Translations under genes and position numbers: made by a program | Notes under the pieces: model-generated | What the model was told of the DNA's origin: nothing | What the model saw: only the letters and a program-made list of their open reading frames with translations | The model's database searches: none | Part shown: piece by piece, positions 1 through 8,835 of the stretch | Layout: every line of letters begins with the position of its first letter | Numbering within the stretch: position 1 is the stretch's first letter | NCBI GenBank assembly: GCA_038326655.1 | Contig: JBBQKG010000002.1 | Coordinates: 31,797 to 95,796 of the forward strand | From: Solirubrobacterales bacterium | GTDB lineage: Bacteria; Actinomycetota; Thermoleophilia; Solirubrobacterales; JBBDJG01 | Direction of reading: 5' to 3' | DNA length: 64,000 bases

Positions 1-13
1 CCGGACCGAGGCG

Positions 14-259
14 ATGCGCAAGACCTGCCCGCGATGCGAGCGGCGCACGAGTGCCCAGGCCGCCCGCTGCCGGCGCTGCGGTTACCGCTATCCCGAGAAG
101 TCGAGCCCCAAGCCCGCCGGCCTTGCGATGGGCGCCGGCTTCCCGCTGTTCCTGGTCGGCACGCTGATCCTGCTCACGAAGGACATCTCGACGTCGCTCG
201 CCGTGCTCGCGGGCGCGATGGTCTTCGTGGGGTTGCTGATGTTCTTCGACCCCCGCTGA
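14..259 (+). CDS. small zinc-ribbon membrane protein (hypothetical)
   Basis: 81-aa ORF with an N-terminal CPRC...CRRCG zinc-ribbon pair followed by hydrophobic helices (FPLFLVGTLILL, LAVLAGAMVFVGLLMF). GC3-rich. No named family recognised. Confidence 0.45.
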   Translation: MRKTCPRCERRTSAQAARCRRCGYRYPEKSSPKPAGLAMGAGFPLFLVGTLILLTKDISTSLAVLAGAMVFVGLLMFFDPR

Positions 260-279
260 GCGCCGCCGCCCGCCGCGGC

Positions 280-310
280 TTGCTTCACTTTCGATAGCAC
301 TTTCTATAGT
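280..310 (+). promoter_or_regulatory. putative promoter (TTGCTT ... TATAGT) for a leaderless ABC-exporter mRNA
   Basis: -35-like ttgctt at 280-285 and -10-like tatagt at 305-310, with a rather long 19-nt spacer. Only 6 nt separate the -10 box from the ATG at 317 and there is no Shine-Dalgarno. This is one of the few AT-rich patches in the window. Confidence 0.35.
286..309. repeat. tandem 12-nt direct repeat (cactttcgatag / cactttctatag)
   Basis: Read directly: two adjacent 12-mers identical at 11 of 12 positions, filling the promoter spacer and overlapping the -10 box. Confidence 0.8.
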
Positions 311-316
311 TGGCGC

Positions 317-2110
317 ATGCGGAGCTTCGTGCGCATGCTGGATTTCCTGCGCCCCTATCGGGGCGCGGTCGGGGCATCCCTCGCGCTCTCGTGCACCGCG
401 ATCGCGGGCACGATCGCGATTCCGCTGCTGTTCGGCGCGACCGTGGACGCGATCCAGAAAGGCGAGCGCAGCCGCCTGCTGCCGCTCGCGCTGGCGATCG
501 TCGGCGCCGGCCTGCTGCGGCTGGTGCTCTCGGTGCCGCGGCGGGTGATCGCGGGGCGCGTCTCGCTCGGCGTCGAGTACGACCTGCGCAACCGGATGTA
601 CCGCCACCTGCAGTCGCTCGAGCTCGGCTTCTTCGACCGCCAGCAGGTCGGACAGCTGATGTCGCGCGTGACCGTCGACCTCCAGTCGATCCGGTTCTTC
701 CTCGGCTACGGGCTCGTGTTCATCCTGCAGAACCTGCTCACGATCGTGCTCGCGGCCGCGGTGATGTTCTGGCTCGAGCCCGGGCTGGCGGCGATCACGC
801 TTGCGCCCGTTCCGGTCGTGATCGCGGCCGCGATGCGTTACGGCCGCTATTCGCGCCCCGCGCTGCAGGAGGTGCAGCAGCGAATCGCCGAGCTGACTGC
901 GGAGGCCGAGGAAAACATCTCCGGGATCCGCATCGTGAAGGCGTTCGCGCGCGAGAACCACCGGTTCGACCGGTTCCGGCGCCGGGTCGGGACGGTGTTC
1001 GACCAAAGCATGTACGCGACCCGCCTGCGCGCCTTCTACAACCCGATGATCTCGTTCCTGCCGAACCTCGGGCTCGCCGCAGTGCTGCTCGTGGGCGGCC
1101 GCATGGTCGTGCACGGATCGATCACGCTCGGCGAGTTCGCCACGTTCAACTCCTACCTGCTGATGCTGATGTTCCCGATGCGGATGCTCGGCATCGCGCT
1201 CGGCATGGCACAGCGGGCGGTCGCGTCCGGGAACAGGGTCTTCGAGATCCTCGACCGGGCGCCGCGGATCAAGCAGCCGGCGCACCCGCGCCCGCTTCCC
1301 GCCGGCGGCGGCCGTGTCGAGTTCGACCACGTGACGCTCTCCTACGACGGGGGTACGCCCGCGCTCACGGACGTGACGCTCGACGTGGCCCCGGGCGAGA
1401 CGGTCGCCGTCGTGGGCCCGACCGGCTCCGGCAAGACGACGCTCGTGGCCGCGATTGCCCGTCTCTACGACGTCACCGCTGGGTCCGTATCGATCGACGG
1501 GCGTGACGTCCGCGAGCTCGGTCTGGCCGAGCTGCGGCACTCGGTCGCGCTGGTCCCCGAGGACGGCTTCCTCTTCTCGACGACGGTCCGGGACAACATC
1601 GCCTACGCGAGAGCGGATGCGACGCAGGCGGAGGTTGAGCTTGCCGCAAGGCGAGCTCAGATCCACTCCTTCATCGAGACGCTGCCCAAGGGCTACGAGA
1701 CGCTCGTGGGCGAGCGGGGCCTGACCCTGTCGGGCGGCCAGCGGCAGCGGATCGCGATCGCGCGGGCGCTGGTCAGCGACCCGCGGGTGTTGATCCTCGA
1801 CGACGCCACGGCGAGTGTCGACGCCGCGACCGAGCGCCAGATCAAGCGCGCGCTCGGCGAGGTGATGGAGGGCCGGACCACCTTCGTGATCGCCCACCGC
1901 CTGTCGACGATCGCGCTCGCGGACCGCGTCGTCGTGATGAGCGACGGGCGTATCACGGCGATCGGCACCCACGAGGAGCTGCTCGAGGAGAGCCCGCTCT
2001 ACGCGGAGATCGTGGAGAAGGGGATGCCGCGCCTCGGGGCGGCGCTGAGCGGCCTCGGCGACAGCGGGATCGACCCCGACGAGCGGGCCGCGGAGGCGGC
2101 GCCGGCGTGA
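317..2110 (+). CDS. ABC transporter, fused permease/ATP-binding protein (type I exporter, MdlA/MdlB-like), subunit 1
   Basis: 597 aa. N-terminal 6-TM exporter domain, Walker A GPTGSGKTT, signature LSGGQRQR, Walker B LILDDATS. Confidence 0.9.
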   Translation: MRSFVRMLDFLRPYRGAVGASLALSCTAIAGTIAIPLLFGATVDAIQKGERSRLLPLALAIVGAGLLRLVLSVPRRVIAGRVSLGVEYDLRNRMYRHLQSLELGFFDRQQVGQLMSRVTVDLQSIRFFLGYGLVFILQNLLTIVLAAAVMFWLEPGLAAITLAPVPVVIAAAMRYGRYSRPALQEVQQRIAELTAEAEENISGIRIVKAFARENHRFDRFRRRVGTVFDQSMYATRLRAFYNPMISFLPNLGLAAVLLVGGRMVVHGSITLGEFATFNSYLLMLMFPMRMLGIALGMAQRAVASGNRVFEILDRAPRIKQPAHPRPLPAGGGRVEFDHVTLSYDGGTPALTDVTLDVAPGETVAVVGPTGSGKTTLVAAIARLYDVTAGSVSIDGRDVRELGLAELRHSVALVPEDGFLFSTTVRDNIAYARADATQAEVELAARRAQIHSFIETLPKGYETLVGERGLTLSGGQRQRIAIARALVSDPRVLILDDATASVDAATERQIKRALGEVMEGRTTFVIAHRLSTIALADRVVVMSDGRITAIGTHEELLEESPLYAEIVEKGMPRLGAALSGLGDSGIDPDERAAEAAPA

Positions 2111-3915
2111 GGCTCGCCCCGCGCCCATCGGTGGGCAGCTCCGGGCGCCAGCGCCTGCGCCGGCTCCGCGGGGTCGCAGAGCTCCTGCGGCCATACCGCG
2201 GCCGGACCATCCTGGCGCTGGTCTCGCTGGTGCTCGCGACCGCCGCGAGCCTTGCGCCGCCGTACCTCGCAAAGCTCGCGATCGACGACGGCATCACGCC
2301 CCGTGACCTCCACGCGCTCGACCTGATCGTGGCCGGCTTCGTAGCTTCGGCGCTGCTCTACTGGGGCGCCACCTACGTCCAGACCTACCTCGTCGGCTGG
2401 GTCGGCCAACGCGCGCTGCAGGACCTCCGCGTGCGCCTCTTCGCCCACATCCAGAGCCAGTCGATCGGCTTCTTCAGCCGGCGCAAGACGGGCGTCTTGA
2501 TCTCACGCATGACGAACGACATCCAAGCGCTCGACCAGCTCGTCACGGACGGCATCGTGACGCTCTTCTCGAGCACGCTGACCCTGGTCGGAACAGTTTT
2601 CATCATGCTCTTGCTCGACGTCCCGCTCGCGCTGATCGTGTTCGTGGTCTCGTTCCCACTGCTCGCGATCGGAAGCGCGGTGTTCCGCTACTTCGCGACC
2701 GTCGCCTACCGCCGCGTGCGCGAGAAGATCGCAAACGTCACCGCGTACCTCCAGGAGACGCTCTCGGGCGTACGCGTGGTACGGGCATTCGGCCAGGAGC
2801 CGCGCCACGAGGCGCGCTTCGCGGTGCTGAACGAGGAGCACCGCAGCGCCAATATGACGACCGTCTACCTGAACGCCTCGTACTTTCCCGGCGTCGAGCT
2901 GCTGTCGTCGATCGGGACCGCCGTGATCCTCCTGTACGGCGGCTTCCAGGCGATCAACGGGAATATCACGATCGGCGTGCTGGTCGCATTCGTGGGCTAC
3001 CTGCAGAGCTTCTTCGACCCGATCCAGCAGCTCTCGAACCTCTACGTGACCTACCAGCAGGGGATGGCCGCGATCGACAAGATCTTCGACCTGCTCGACA
3101 CCGAGCCCGACATGGTGGACGCGCCGGGGGCGCGCGAGCTCGGGCCGATTCGCGGCGACGTGCTGTTCGAGGGAGTCTGGTTCTCCTACGACGAGGATGC
3201 GGCCGAGCGGCCCGCCGAGGAGGTCACGTGGGCGCTCGAGGACGTGACGCTCGAGGCGGCCGCGGGCGAGACGATCGCGCTGGTCGGCGAGACGGGCGCC
3301 GGGAAGTCGACGGTCGCGAAGCTGGTCGCGCGGTTCTACGACCCGCAGCGCGGCCGCGTGACCGTCGACGGTCAGGACCTGCGCGAGGTGACGCAGGCGA
3401 GCCTCCGGCGCCAGCTCGGCGTCGTGCCGCAGGAGGGCTTCCTCTTCGGCGGCACGGTGCGCGAGAACATCGAGTTCGGCCGGCCCGGCGCGAGCGAGAT
3501 CGAGATCTTCGCGGCCACCAGGGCGGTCGGTGCACACGACTTCATCAAGCGGCTGCCGGAGGGCTACGAGACCGAGGTCGGCGAGCGGGGCAGCCGGCTC
3601 TCGGCCGGCCAGCGCCAGCTGATCGCGTTGGCGCGCGCGCTGCTCGCGGATCCGCGCATCCTGGTGCTCGACGAGGCCACCGCGAATGTCGACGTCCAGG
3701 CCGAGGGCGCGATCGAGCGAGGCCTGCGGACGCTGCTCGCGGACCGCACCGCGCTCGTGATCGCGCACCGTCTGTCGACCGTCATGAACGCCGACCGGAT
3801 CGCGGTGCTGGAGCACGGCCGCGTGGTCGAGCACGGCACTCACGACGAGCTGATCGAGGCCGGCGGGACCTACGCGCGGCTCTATCGAACCTGGTCCGAG
3901 CAGGCCGCCGCCTAG
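2107..3915 (+). CDS. ABC transporter, fused permease/ATP-binding protein, subunit 2 (heterodimer partner)
   Basis: 602 aa. GTGA start/stop overlap with the upstream gene. Walker [10 protein letters not shown], signature LSAGQRQL, Walker B LVLDEATA. Confidence 0.9.
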   Translation: MRLAPRPSVGSSGRQRLRRLRGVAELLRPYRGRTILALVSLVLATAASLAPPYLAKLAIDDGITPRDLHALDLIVAGFVASALLYWGATYVQTYLVGWVGQRALQDLRVRLFAHIQSQSIGFFSRRKTGVLISRMTNDIQALDQLVTDGIVTLFSSTLTLVGTVFIMLLLDVPLALIVFVVSFPLLAIGSAVFRYFATVAYRRVREKIANVTAYLQETLSGVRVVRAFGQEPRHEARFAVLNEEHRSANMTTVYLNASYFPGVELLSSIGTAVILLYGGFQAINGNITIGVLVAFVGYLQSFFDPIQQLSNLYVTYQQGMAAIDKIFDLLDTEPDMVDAPGARELGPIRGDVLFEGVWFSYDEDAAERPAEEVTWALEDVTLEAAAGETIALVGETGAGKSTVAKLVARFYDPQRGRVTVDGQDLREVTQASLRRQLGVVPQEGFLFGGTVRENIEFGRPGASEIEIFAATRAVGAHDFIKRLPEGYETEVGERGSRLSAGQRQLIALARALLADPRILVLDEATANVDVQAEGAIERGLRTLLADRTALVIAHRLSTVMNADRIAVLEHGRVVEHGTHDELIEAGGTYARLYRTWSEQAAA

Positions 3916-3931
3916 GACCCGCGGGAAGTAG

Positions 3932-4002
3932 CTGCGGGGCAAGGACTCGAACCTTGATAACGGGCTCCAGAGGCCCGCGTCTTACCATTAGACGACCCCG
4001 CA
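3932..4002 (-). tRNA. tRNA-Gln (anticodon CUG)
   Basis: Manual cloverleaf on the minus strand: acceptor UGCGGGG/CCCCGCA (U1:A72, discriminator G, as in bacterial tRNA-Gln); D arm GUCU..AGAC; anticodon arm CGGGC-CUCUGGA-GCCCG; T arm CAAGG-UUCGAGU-CCUUG. No encoded CCA. Confidence 0.85.
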
Positions 4003-4050
4003 AAGGCGCCACGGAGGATAGCCATGTCGGGGACGAGAACCCGGGCTTGG

Positions 4051-4953
4051 CTACCGGCAGGCGATGCCGGCACACTGGGAGCCGGCGCCGTTGTGCCTGG
4101 CGATGTTGCCGCCGCCGTCGAGGACGCCGCGCACGGCCTCGATGCCGAAGCTCCCGTTGAAGAACGCCGAGTTCCTCGTCAGCGTGGTACCGGGCGCGTC
4201 GACGAGTATTCCGTCGGCGCCGTTTCGCCAGGCCCGGTTGCGGGAGACGAGGTTCCCGGTCGAGTCCCCCTCGATCTGCATCCCCAATGTGCCGTTCTGC
4301 TCGAAGCGGTTGCCCGAGAGCACCAGGCCGGTGACGTCGAGGAAGATCAAGCCGTAATAGGTCTGCCCCCGGATGGCGTTGCCGGCGACGAGGCCTCCCG
4401 CCACCCCGAGCGCCGTGAACCCGGCCGCGTTGTTCCACGCCCTGTTGTCCAGGACCCGCAGGTCGGTGGAGTCCTCCGGAAAGATCGCGGAGCCATCGTT
4501 GCCGGTGAGCGCGCTGGCCTCGATCGTGCCGTGCGCGACGCGAAAGAAGTTCACGCCGTCGTGACCGCCGGCGACCGCCATGTCGCGGACCGTCACGTCG
4601 CTCGAGTCGGTCGCGCCCACGCCCACGCGAAAGCCGCTCACGGTGCCGTTTCGGATCGTGACGGCCCGCCGCCCCGCCACGCCGATCCCGAATCCCAGCC
4701 GGTTGCCGGTGACCGTGTGGCCGCCGAGGTCGAGCGTGACCCCGTCCGCCGCCACCACCAGCCCGGCCGCGCCACAGCCTGTGAGATCGGCGGTGAGCAC
4801 CGTGTCACGGGTGATCCGATCGCCGCAGCCGAGCTCCGCACCGGGCGCCGTCGCGGGCCACGCGGCGAGCGCGAGCAGCGCGCCGAGCGCGATACCAGCC
4901 GAAACACCTCGGACCTTCCTCACCCCTGCACCCACGGGGCAGTCTAGTCCCAC
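4051..4953 (-). CDS. secreted right-handed parallel beta-helix repeat protein (NosD / pectate-lyase fold)
   Basis: 300 aa. Signal-peptide-like N-terminus (GIALGALLALAAWPATAPGA). Repeated short G/N/V-rich beta-helix turns (GNRLGFGIGV, GNDGSAIF, GNAIRGQTYYGLIF, GNRFEQNG). An alternative GTG start at 4923 gives a cleaner signal peptide. Confidence 0.7.
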   Translation of the reverse strand: MGLDCPVGAGVRKVRGVSAGIALGALLALAAWPATAPGAELGCGDRITRDTVLTADLTGCGAAGLVVAADGVTLDLGGHTVTGNRLGFGIGVAGRRAVTIRNGTVSGFRVGVGATDSSDVTVRDMAVAGGHDGVNFFRVAHGTIEASALTGNDGSAIFPEDSTDLRVLDNRAWNNAAGFTALGVAGGLVAGNAIRGQTYYGLIFLDVTGLVLSGNRFEQNGTLGMQIEGDSTGNLVSRNRAWRNGADGILVDAPGTTLTRNSAFFNGSFGIEAVRGVLDGGGNIARHNGAGSQCAGIACR

Positions 4954-4974
4954 CTCGAGTCGATTTGCCGGCGG

Positions 4975-5460
4975 TCAGCCGAGCGCGGGGGGCGACGCGC
5001 TCCACCCCGCGCCGGACGGCGCGCTCGCCGTGTACTGCGGGGGCTGGACGCCCACGTAGAACATCGTGGTCCCGCCGCTCTGCCACACCGCGAGGTAGTC
5101 GGGTGGCCGCGGCGAGCTCGGCGGCGAGTTGATCCCGAGCAGCATCACCGGGCCTCCTCCGCCACCCACGACCTGGACGATGCCGACGTCCGTCGGCAGC
5201 GCGGTTGTGTAGCGGTTCGACGGGTCGCGCTGCTGGAGCGCCGCGGCGAGCGTGGGCGCGCTCGAGGCGCCACCCTCGACGCCGGTCGTCTGAACGGTGA
5301 TCAGACCCTGCTGCAGCGAGGCAAGCGTGCGGGCGCTGTGCGCCTTGTCGAGGTTGCTGATCAGCCCCTCACTCGGGTTTCCCCCGCACGAGGAGAGCGC
5401 AAGCGCGGTCGCGGTCGCGGTCGCGGCGAGCAGGGCAAGCTTCTTCGAGCGCGGTCCCAT
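4975..5460 (-). CDS. lipoprotein, unknown function
   Basis: 161 aa with a lipobox (ALALSSC-GG) after a basic/hydrophobic N-terminus. No family recognised. Confidence 0.55.
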   Translation of the reverse strand: MGPRSKKLALLAATATATALALSSCGGNPSEGLISNLDKAHSARTLASLQQGLITVQTTGVEGGASSAPTLAAALQQRDPSNRYTTALPTDVGIVQVVGGGGGPVMLLGINSPPSSPRPPDYLAVWQSGGTTMFYVGVQPPQYTASAPSGAGWSASPPALG

Positions 5461-5505
5461 GGGACCAATGTCGGCCGCCGGCCGTGCGGGGATTAGCGGT
5501 CCGGG

Positions 5506-6204
5506 CTAGGCCGGACGCCTGACTGCGGAGCCGCCGTTGTGCATCGCCTTGGGCGCGAAGAGCTCGCACACGGCGGGCTCGTCACCGGGGCTGAGCACGG
5601 CGAGCACCTCGTCGCCCGCCTGAACCACGGTGTCGGCCTTGGGCACGAAGCCGGTCCCGCCCCGCAGGACCGAGACCACCAGACACCCCTCGGGCAGTTC
5701 GAGCTCGCCGATCGGCTTGCCGGCCGCGGGCGCGTCCTCGGAGACCTCGAGCTCGATGATCTCCAGCTGCTCCTGGCGCAGGTCCAGTAGGTGCACGAGC
5801 CCGTGGTGCGGTACCTCGTGCTCGATCAGCCGAAGGATCAGGTCGGTCGCCGAGACCACGGGGCGCACACCGAGCAGCTCGAAGTGCTCGAGGTTGCGCG
5901 GGTTGTTGACGCGCGCGATCGTGTGTTCGACGAGGTACTTCTCCTTTGCCACCTGCGAGATCAGCATGTTGTCCTCGTCGTCGCCGGTGACGGCGATCAC
6001 CATGTCGGCGCGCACGATCCCGGCGCGCTCCAGCACCCACAGCTCGGACGCGTCGCCGTGCTGGATCGCATGCTCGAGCTCCTCCTCGACCGTCAGGTAG
6101 CGATCACGGTCGGCCTCGATCACGGTCACCTCGTGACTCTCGTCGATCAGCTCGCGGGCGAGGTTCCATCCGACCTTGCCGGCCCCGGCGATGATGATGT
6201 ACAC
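5506..6204 (-). CDS. trkA: Trk-type K+ transport regulatory protein TrkA (RCK N- and C-terminal domains)
   Basis: 232 aa. Rossmann motif IIIAGAGKVGWNLAREL...EVTVIE, and a TrkA-C-like C-terminal half. Confidence 0.85.
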   Translation of the reverse strand: MYIIIAGAGKVGWNLARELIDESHEVTVIEADRDRYLTVEEELEHAIQHGDASELWVLERAGIVRADMVIAVTGDDEDNMLISQVAKEKYLVEHTIARVNNPRNLEHFELLGVRPVVSATDLILRLIEHEVPHHGLVHLLDLRQEQLEIIELEVSEDAPAAGKPIGELELPEGCLVVSVLRGGTGFVPKADTVVQAGDEVLAVLSPGDEPAVCELFAPKAMHNGGSAVRRPA

Positions 6205-6210
6205 AGGCTC

Positions 6211-6657
6211 CTAGACTCCCTCGGTGACCGGCGTCGCCTCACCCAGGACGGCGTCCGTCAGCATCTCGATCGCGACCTGGGTCGGGCAGACGGTGTGCAG
6301 CCCCTGCGCGCGGTACCACTCGGCGCGGTATGGGTCGAGCACCCTGACGACCACCTTCGGGACCTGAAAGCGCTTCTTGGCGATCTGGGCCACGACGATG
6401 TTGGTGTTGTCGCCGTCGGTCGAGCACACGACGACGTCGGCCTGCTGGATCCCAGCCGCGTCGAGCGCCTCGATCTCGAGTGCCGTGCCGACCGTGAAAC
6501 GGCCACCGGAGTCCTCCCAGGTCTGGTCGAGGTCGTGGTCGAGCAATGCGTGGGCCTCCTCGGACTCGTCGAGGACGCTGACCTCGTGGCCGTCTTTGAT
6601 CATGCGCTTGGCGATCGCCGAGCCGACACGACCGCAGCCGACTATCAGGACGAACAT
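6211..6657 (-). CDS. trkA: TrkA-N (RCK NAD-binding) domain protein
   Basis: 148 aa. LIVGCGRVGSAIAKRMIKDGHEVSVLD Rossmann motif. Sits 6 nt upstream of the larger trkA gene, the ceoB/ceoC-like pairing. Confidence 0.8.
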   Translation of the reverse strand: MFVLIVGCGRVGSAIAKRMIKDGHEVSVLDESEEAHALLDHDLDQTWEDSGGRFTVGTALEIEALDAAGIQQADVVVCSTDGDNTNIVVAQIAKKRFQVPKVVVRVLDPYRAEWYRAQGLHTVCPTQVAIEMLTDAVLGEATPVTEGV

Positions 6658-6732
6658 GTGGGCAGGTGTGGATTGGGCCTGGTTGACAGCACTGGAACCC
6701 CTTAGTCCTAACTCTAGTAGCTGAGCCGACGG

Positions 6733-8769
6733 CTACGACCCCGCGCGCACGGACTGGTCGCCGGCGCCGTCCGAGCCGACCGTGTCCTCCGGCCGCCGCG
6801 GCTGGCTGGGCGGGGCAGTCACGAGCACCCGGGTGGGAGCCTTCTCGAGGACGTAGGCCGTGACCTCACCGAGCTCTTCGAGGCGCCGGCCGGCGATCCC
6901 GCCGAGCACGCTGCCGCCCCTGATCGGAGATGGTGGCTCCGCGCCGATCACGATCACCTCGACCTCGCGGCGGCGCGCCTCCTCCACGATCGCGGAGCCG
7001 ACCGTGCGGCCGCGCACCACCGTGGCCTCGACCTCCACCCCTTCGTATTCCTCTCCCACCCGTTTCGCGCGCTCGAGCGCGGCGTGCGCCTCCTCGAGCT
7101 TGCGCTCCGGAAGTGGTGCGTCGAGCGGCAGCGACATCGGCACCACCAGCACGTAGATGATCTCGATCGCGGCACCGCCCTCGGAATCCTTATCGCTCGC
7201 GAGCTGCCCCGCCGTGCTGACGATGTCGTCGTCGAGCTCCTCGCCGAAGATCGGCACGAGGATGTCGCCGTAGGTGACCTCCGGCTCGTAGGTCAGCTTC
7301 TCCGCCGGGACCTCGACGCGGCGCGTCAGCGAAAGGCCCTCGCGTGAGCGGTACACGACGTAGAGCAGCAGGCCGGCCGCCATCCAAAGGGTCCCGAAGG
7401 TGCGCGCCCGGTCGTGGTAGATCAGCGTCCCGATCCAGCCCGCGATCGACAGCAGCGCGCCCAGCGCCGCGGGGAGTGGCAGCTCGCCCCCGCCGATCCG
7501 GATGTTGAAGGGGACCTTGAAGACGCGGCGGCGATCGGGCTCCTTGAAGCGAAGGCGGCAGACGGACAGGTGAGCGAGCGCGAACGCGATCAGCGCCCCG
7601 TAGGCGAACATCCCCGCCAGGAGCTCGATGTCCTGGGGCAGCAGCAGCAGGAACGCGAGCGCCGTGAAGATCGACAGCACGATCCACGGCGTCGCGTATT
7701 TCGGGTGAAGGCGCGCCACGCCCCGGGGAATCTGGCGGTGCGTCGCGAGCGTGTAGGTCGTGCGTGCGATCCCCACCATCCCGGCGTTGGCCGCCTGCGC
7801 AAGGACCATCGTCGCGACGATCGCGACCGCATACTCGAGCAGGTGACCCGTGAAGCCGGACGTGAGGTTCTGGACCACCCCGAGCACCGGGCTTTCCACG
7901 TAGCGACCCCCCAGCTCGGTGCCGTAGCCGCTCGCCTGGTCGCCCGCGACCGGAATGCCTTTCTGCACCGGCAGCGCCATCAGCGCCACGACGGACATTC
8001 CAACGAACACGAGCGCGAGCACGACGCCACCCGCGCTGACCGTCCGCCGGAGCACGGCGCGCTTGACCCGGACCTCCGGCGCCAGGTTCGCCGCGGCCTC
8101 GATGCCGGTATAGGCGATCACCGCGACCGTCATCCCGAAGATGAAGTCCGACCACCTCGGCACCTCGCCGAGCTGGACGCTGTCGGTGATCGCGCCCGGA
8201 TGGAAGTTGGTGAGGAGCCCGAGCACGACGATCAGCAGCACGAGCGCCAGGTCGATCACCGCCAGCGCCGCGCTGCGCCTCCCGCGGGGAGCCCGGCCGA
8301 GGAAGTTGTAGCGAGCGACCGTGAAGAGCACCGCGGTCGCGATCACCAGATCGACCCCGTCGTCGCCCAGGGAGCCCCAGAACGCCGACAGGTAGTGCCC
8401 GATCGAGAGGGTGCTGATCGCGATCAGGATCAGGAAGTCCAGCAGGATCGCCCAGCCCGCGATGAAGCTGAGCAGCTCGTTGAAGGCGTAGCGCGCCATC
8501 ACCGCCGACCCACCCCGCTCGGGATAGAGCGTCATGCCCTCGAAGTAGGTGAGGGTCGTGACGATGAACAGGATGCTGGAGACGAGGAAGACCAGCGGCG
8601 TCAGGCCGAGCGCGTAGGCGGCGACCACCCCGAGCGCAAAGTAGATCGAGGAGCCGACCGTGCTGTAGGCGGTGGCAAAAAGCCGCGGCGCGCCGACGCG
8701 CCGCTCGATCGTCACGTAAGCGTCCCTGCGGTGTTGGTCCACCCGCTCGGGTCTTCCGAAGGAGGGCAT
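6733..8769 (-). CDS. APC-superfamily permease fused to a C-terminal universal stress protein (USP) domain
   Basis: 678 aa. About 12 hydrophobic helices with amino-acid/polyamine/organocation permease character, then a soluble tail with a USP-like pattern (ILVPIFGEELDDDIVSTAG ... VIVIGAEPPSPIRGGSVLGG...VLEKAPTRVLV). Confidence 0.75.
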   Translation of the reverse strand: MPSFGRPERVDQHRRDAYVTIERRVGAPRLFATAYSTVGSSIYFALGVVAAYALGLTPLVFLVSSILFIVTTLTYFEGMTLYPERGGSAVMARYAFNELLSFIAGWAILLDFLILIAISTLSIGHYLSAFWGSLGDDGVDLVIATAVLFTVARYNFLGRAPRGRRSAALAVIDLALVLLIVVLGLLTNFHPGAITDSVQLGEVPRWSDFIFGMTVAVIAYTGIEAAANLAPEVRVKRAVLRRTVSAGGVVLALVFVGMSVVALMALPVQKGIPVAGDQASGYGTELGGRYVESPVLGVVQNLTSGFTGHLLEYAVAIVATMVLAQAANAGMVGIARTTYTLATHRQIPRGVARLHPKYATPWIVLSIFTALAFLLLLPQDIELLAGMFAYGALIAFALAHLSVCRLRFKEPDRRRVFKVPFNIRIGGGELPLPAALGALLSIAGWIGTLIYHDRARTFGTLWMAAGLLLYVVYRSREGLSLTRRVEVPAEKLTYEPEVTYGDILVPIFGEELDDDIVSTAGQLASDKDSEGGAAIEIIYVLVVPMSLPLDAPLPERKLEEAHAALERAKRVGEEYEGVEVEATVVRGRTVGSAIVEEARRREVEVIVIGAEPPSPIRGGSVLGGIAGRRLEELGEVTAYVLEKAPTRVLVTAPPSQPRRPEDTVGSDGAGDQSVRAGS

Positions 8770-8835
8770 GCCCGCGGCGATTAAAGCAGCACCGGTGGCC
8801 GCGGCCTCTCGCGCTGCGGCCCCGGCGCGTCTAGC

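Noticed and set aside
2503-3942. Long antisense ORFs opposite clearly identified genes (e.g. 2503-3942, 7414-8784, 9052-10821, 12068-14119, 25569-27323, 28758-30104, 36000-38042, 41062-42294, 43399-45513, 45700-47118, 48094-49809, 54663-56120)
   Set aside because: All are mirror images of genes with strong family motifs on the other strand. Their translations are dominated by R/G/A/P/D and carry no motifs. This is expected when stop codons are rare in very GC-rich DNA.
3932-5460. Possible genomic island integrated at tRNA-Gln (beta-helix protein plus lipoprotein next to the tRNA)
   Set aside because: There is no integrase, no direct repeat of the tRNA 3' end, and no visible compositional shift. 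Two secreted proteins next to a tRNA are not sufficient evidence.
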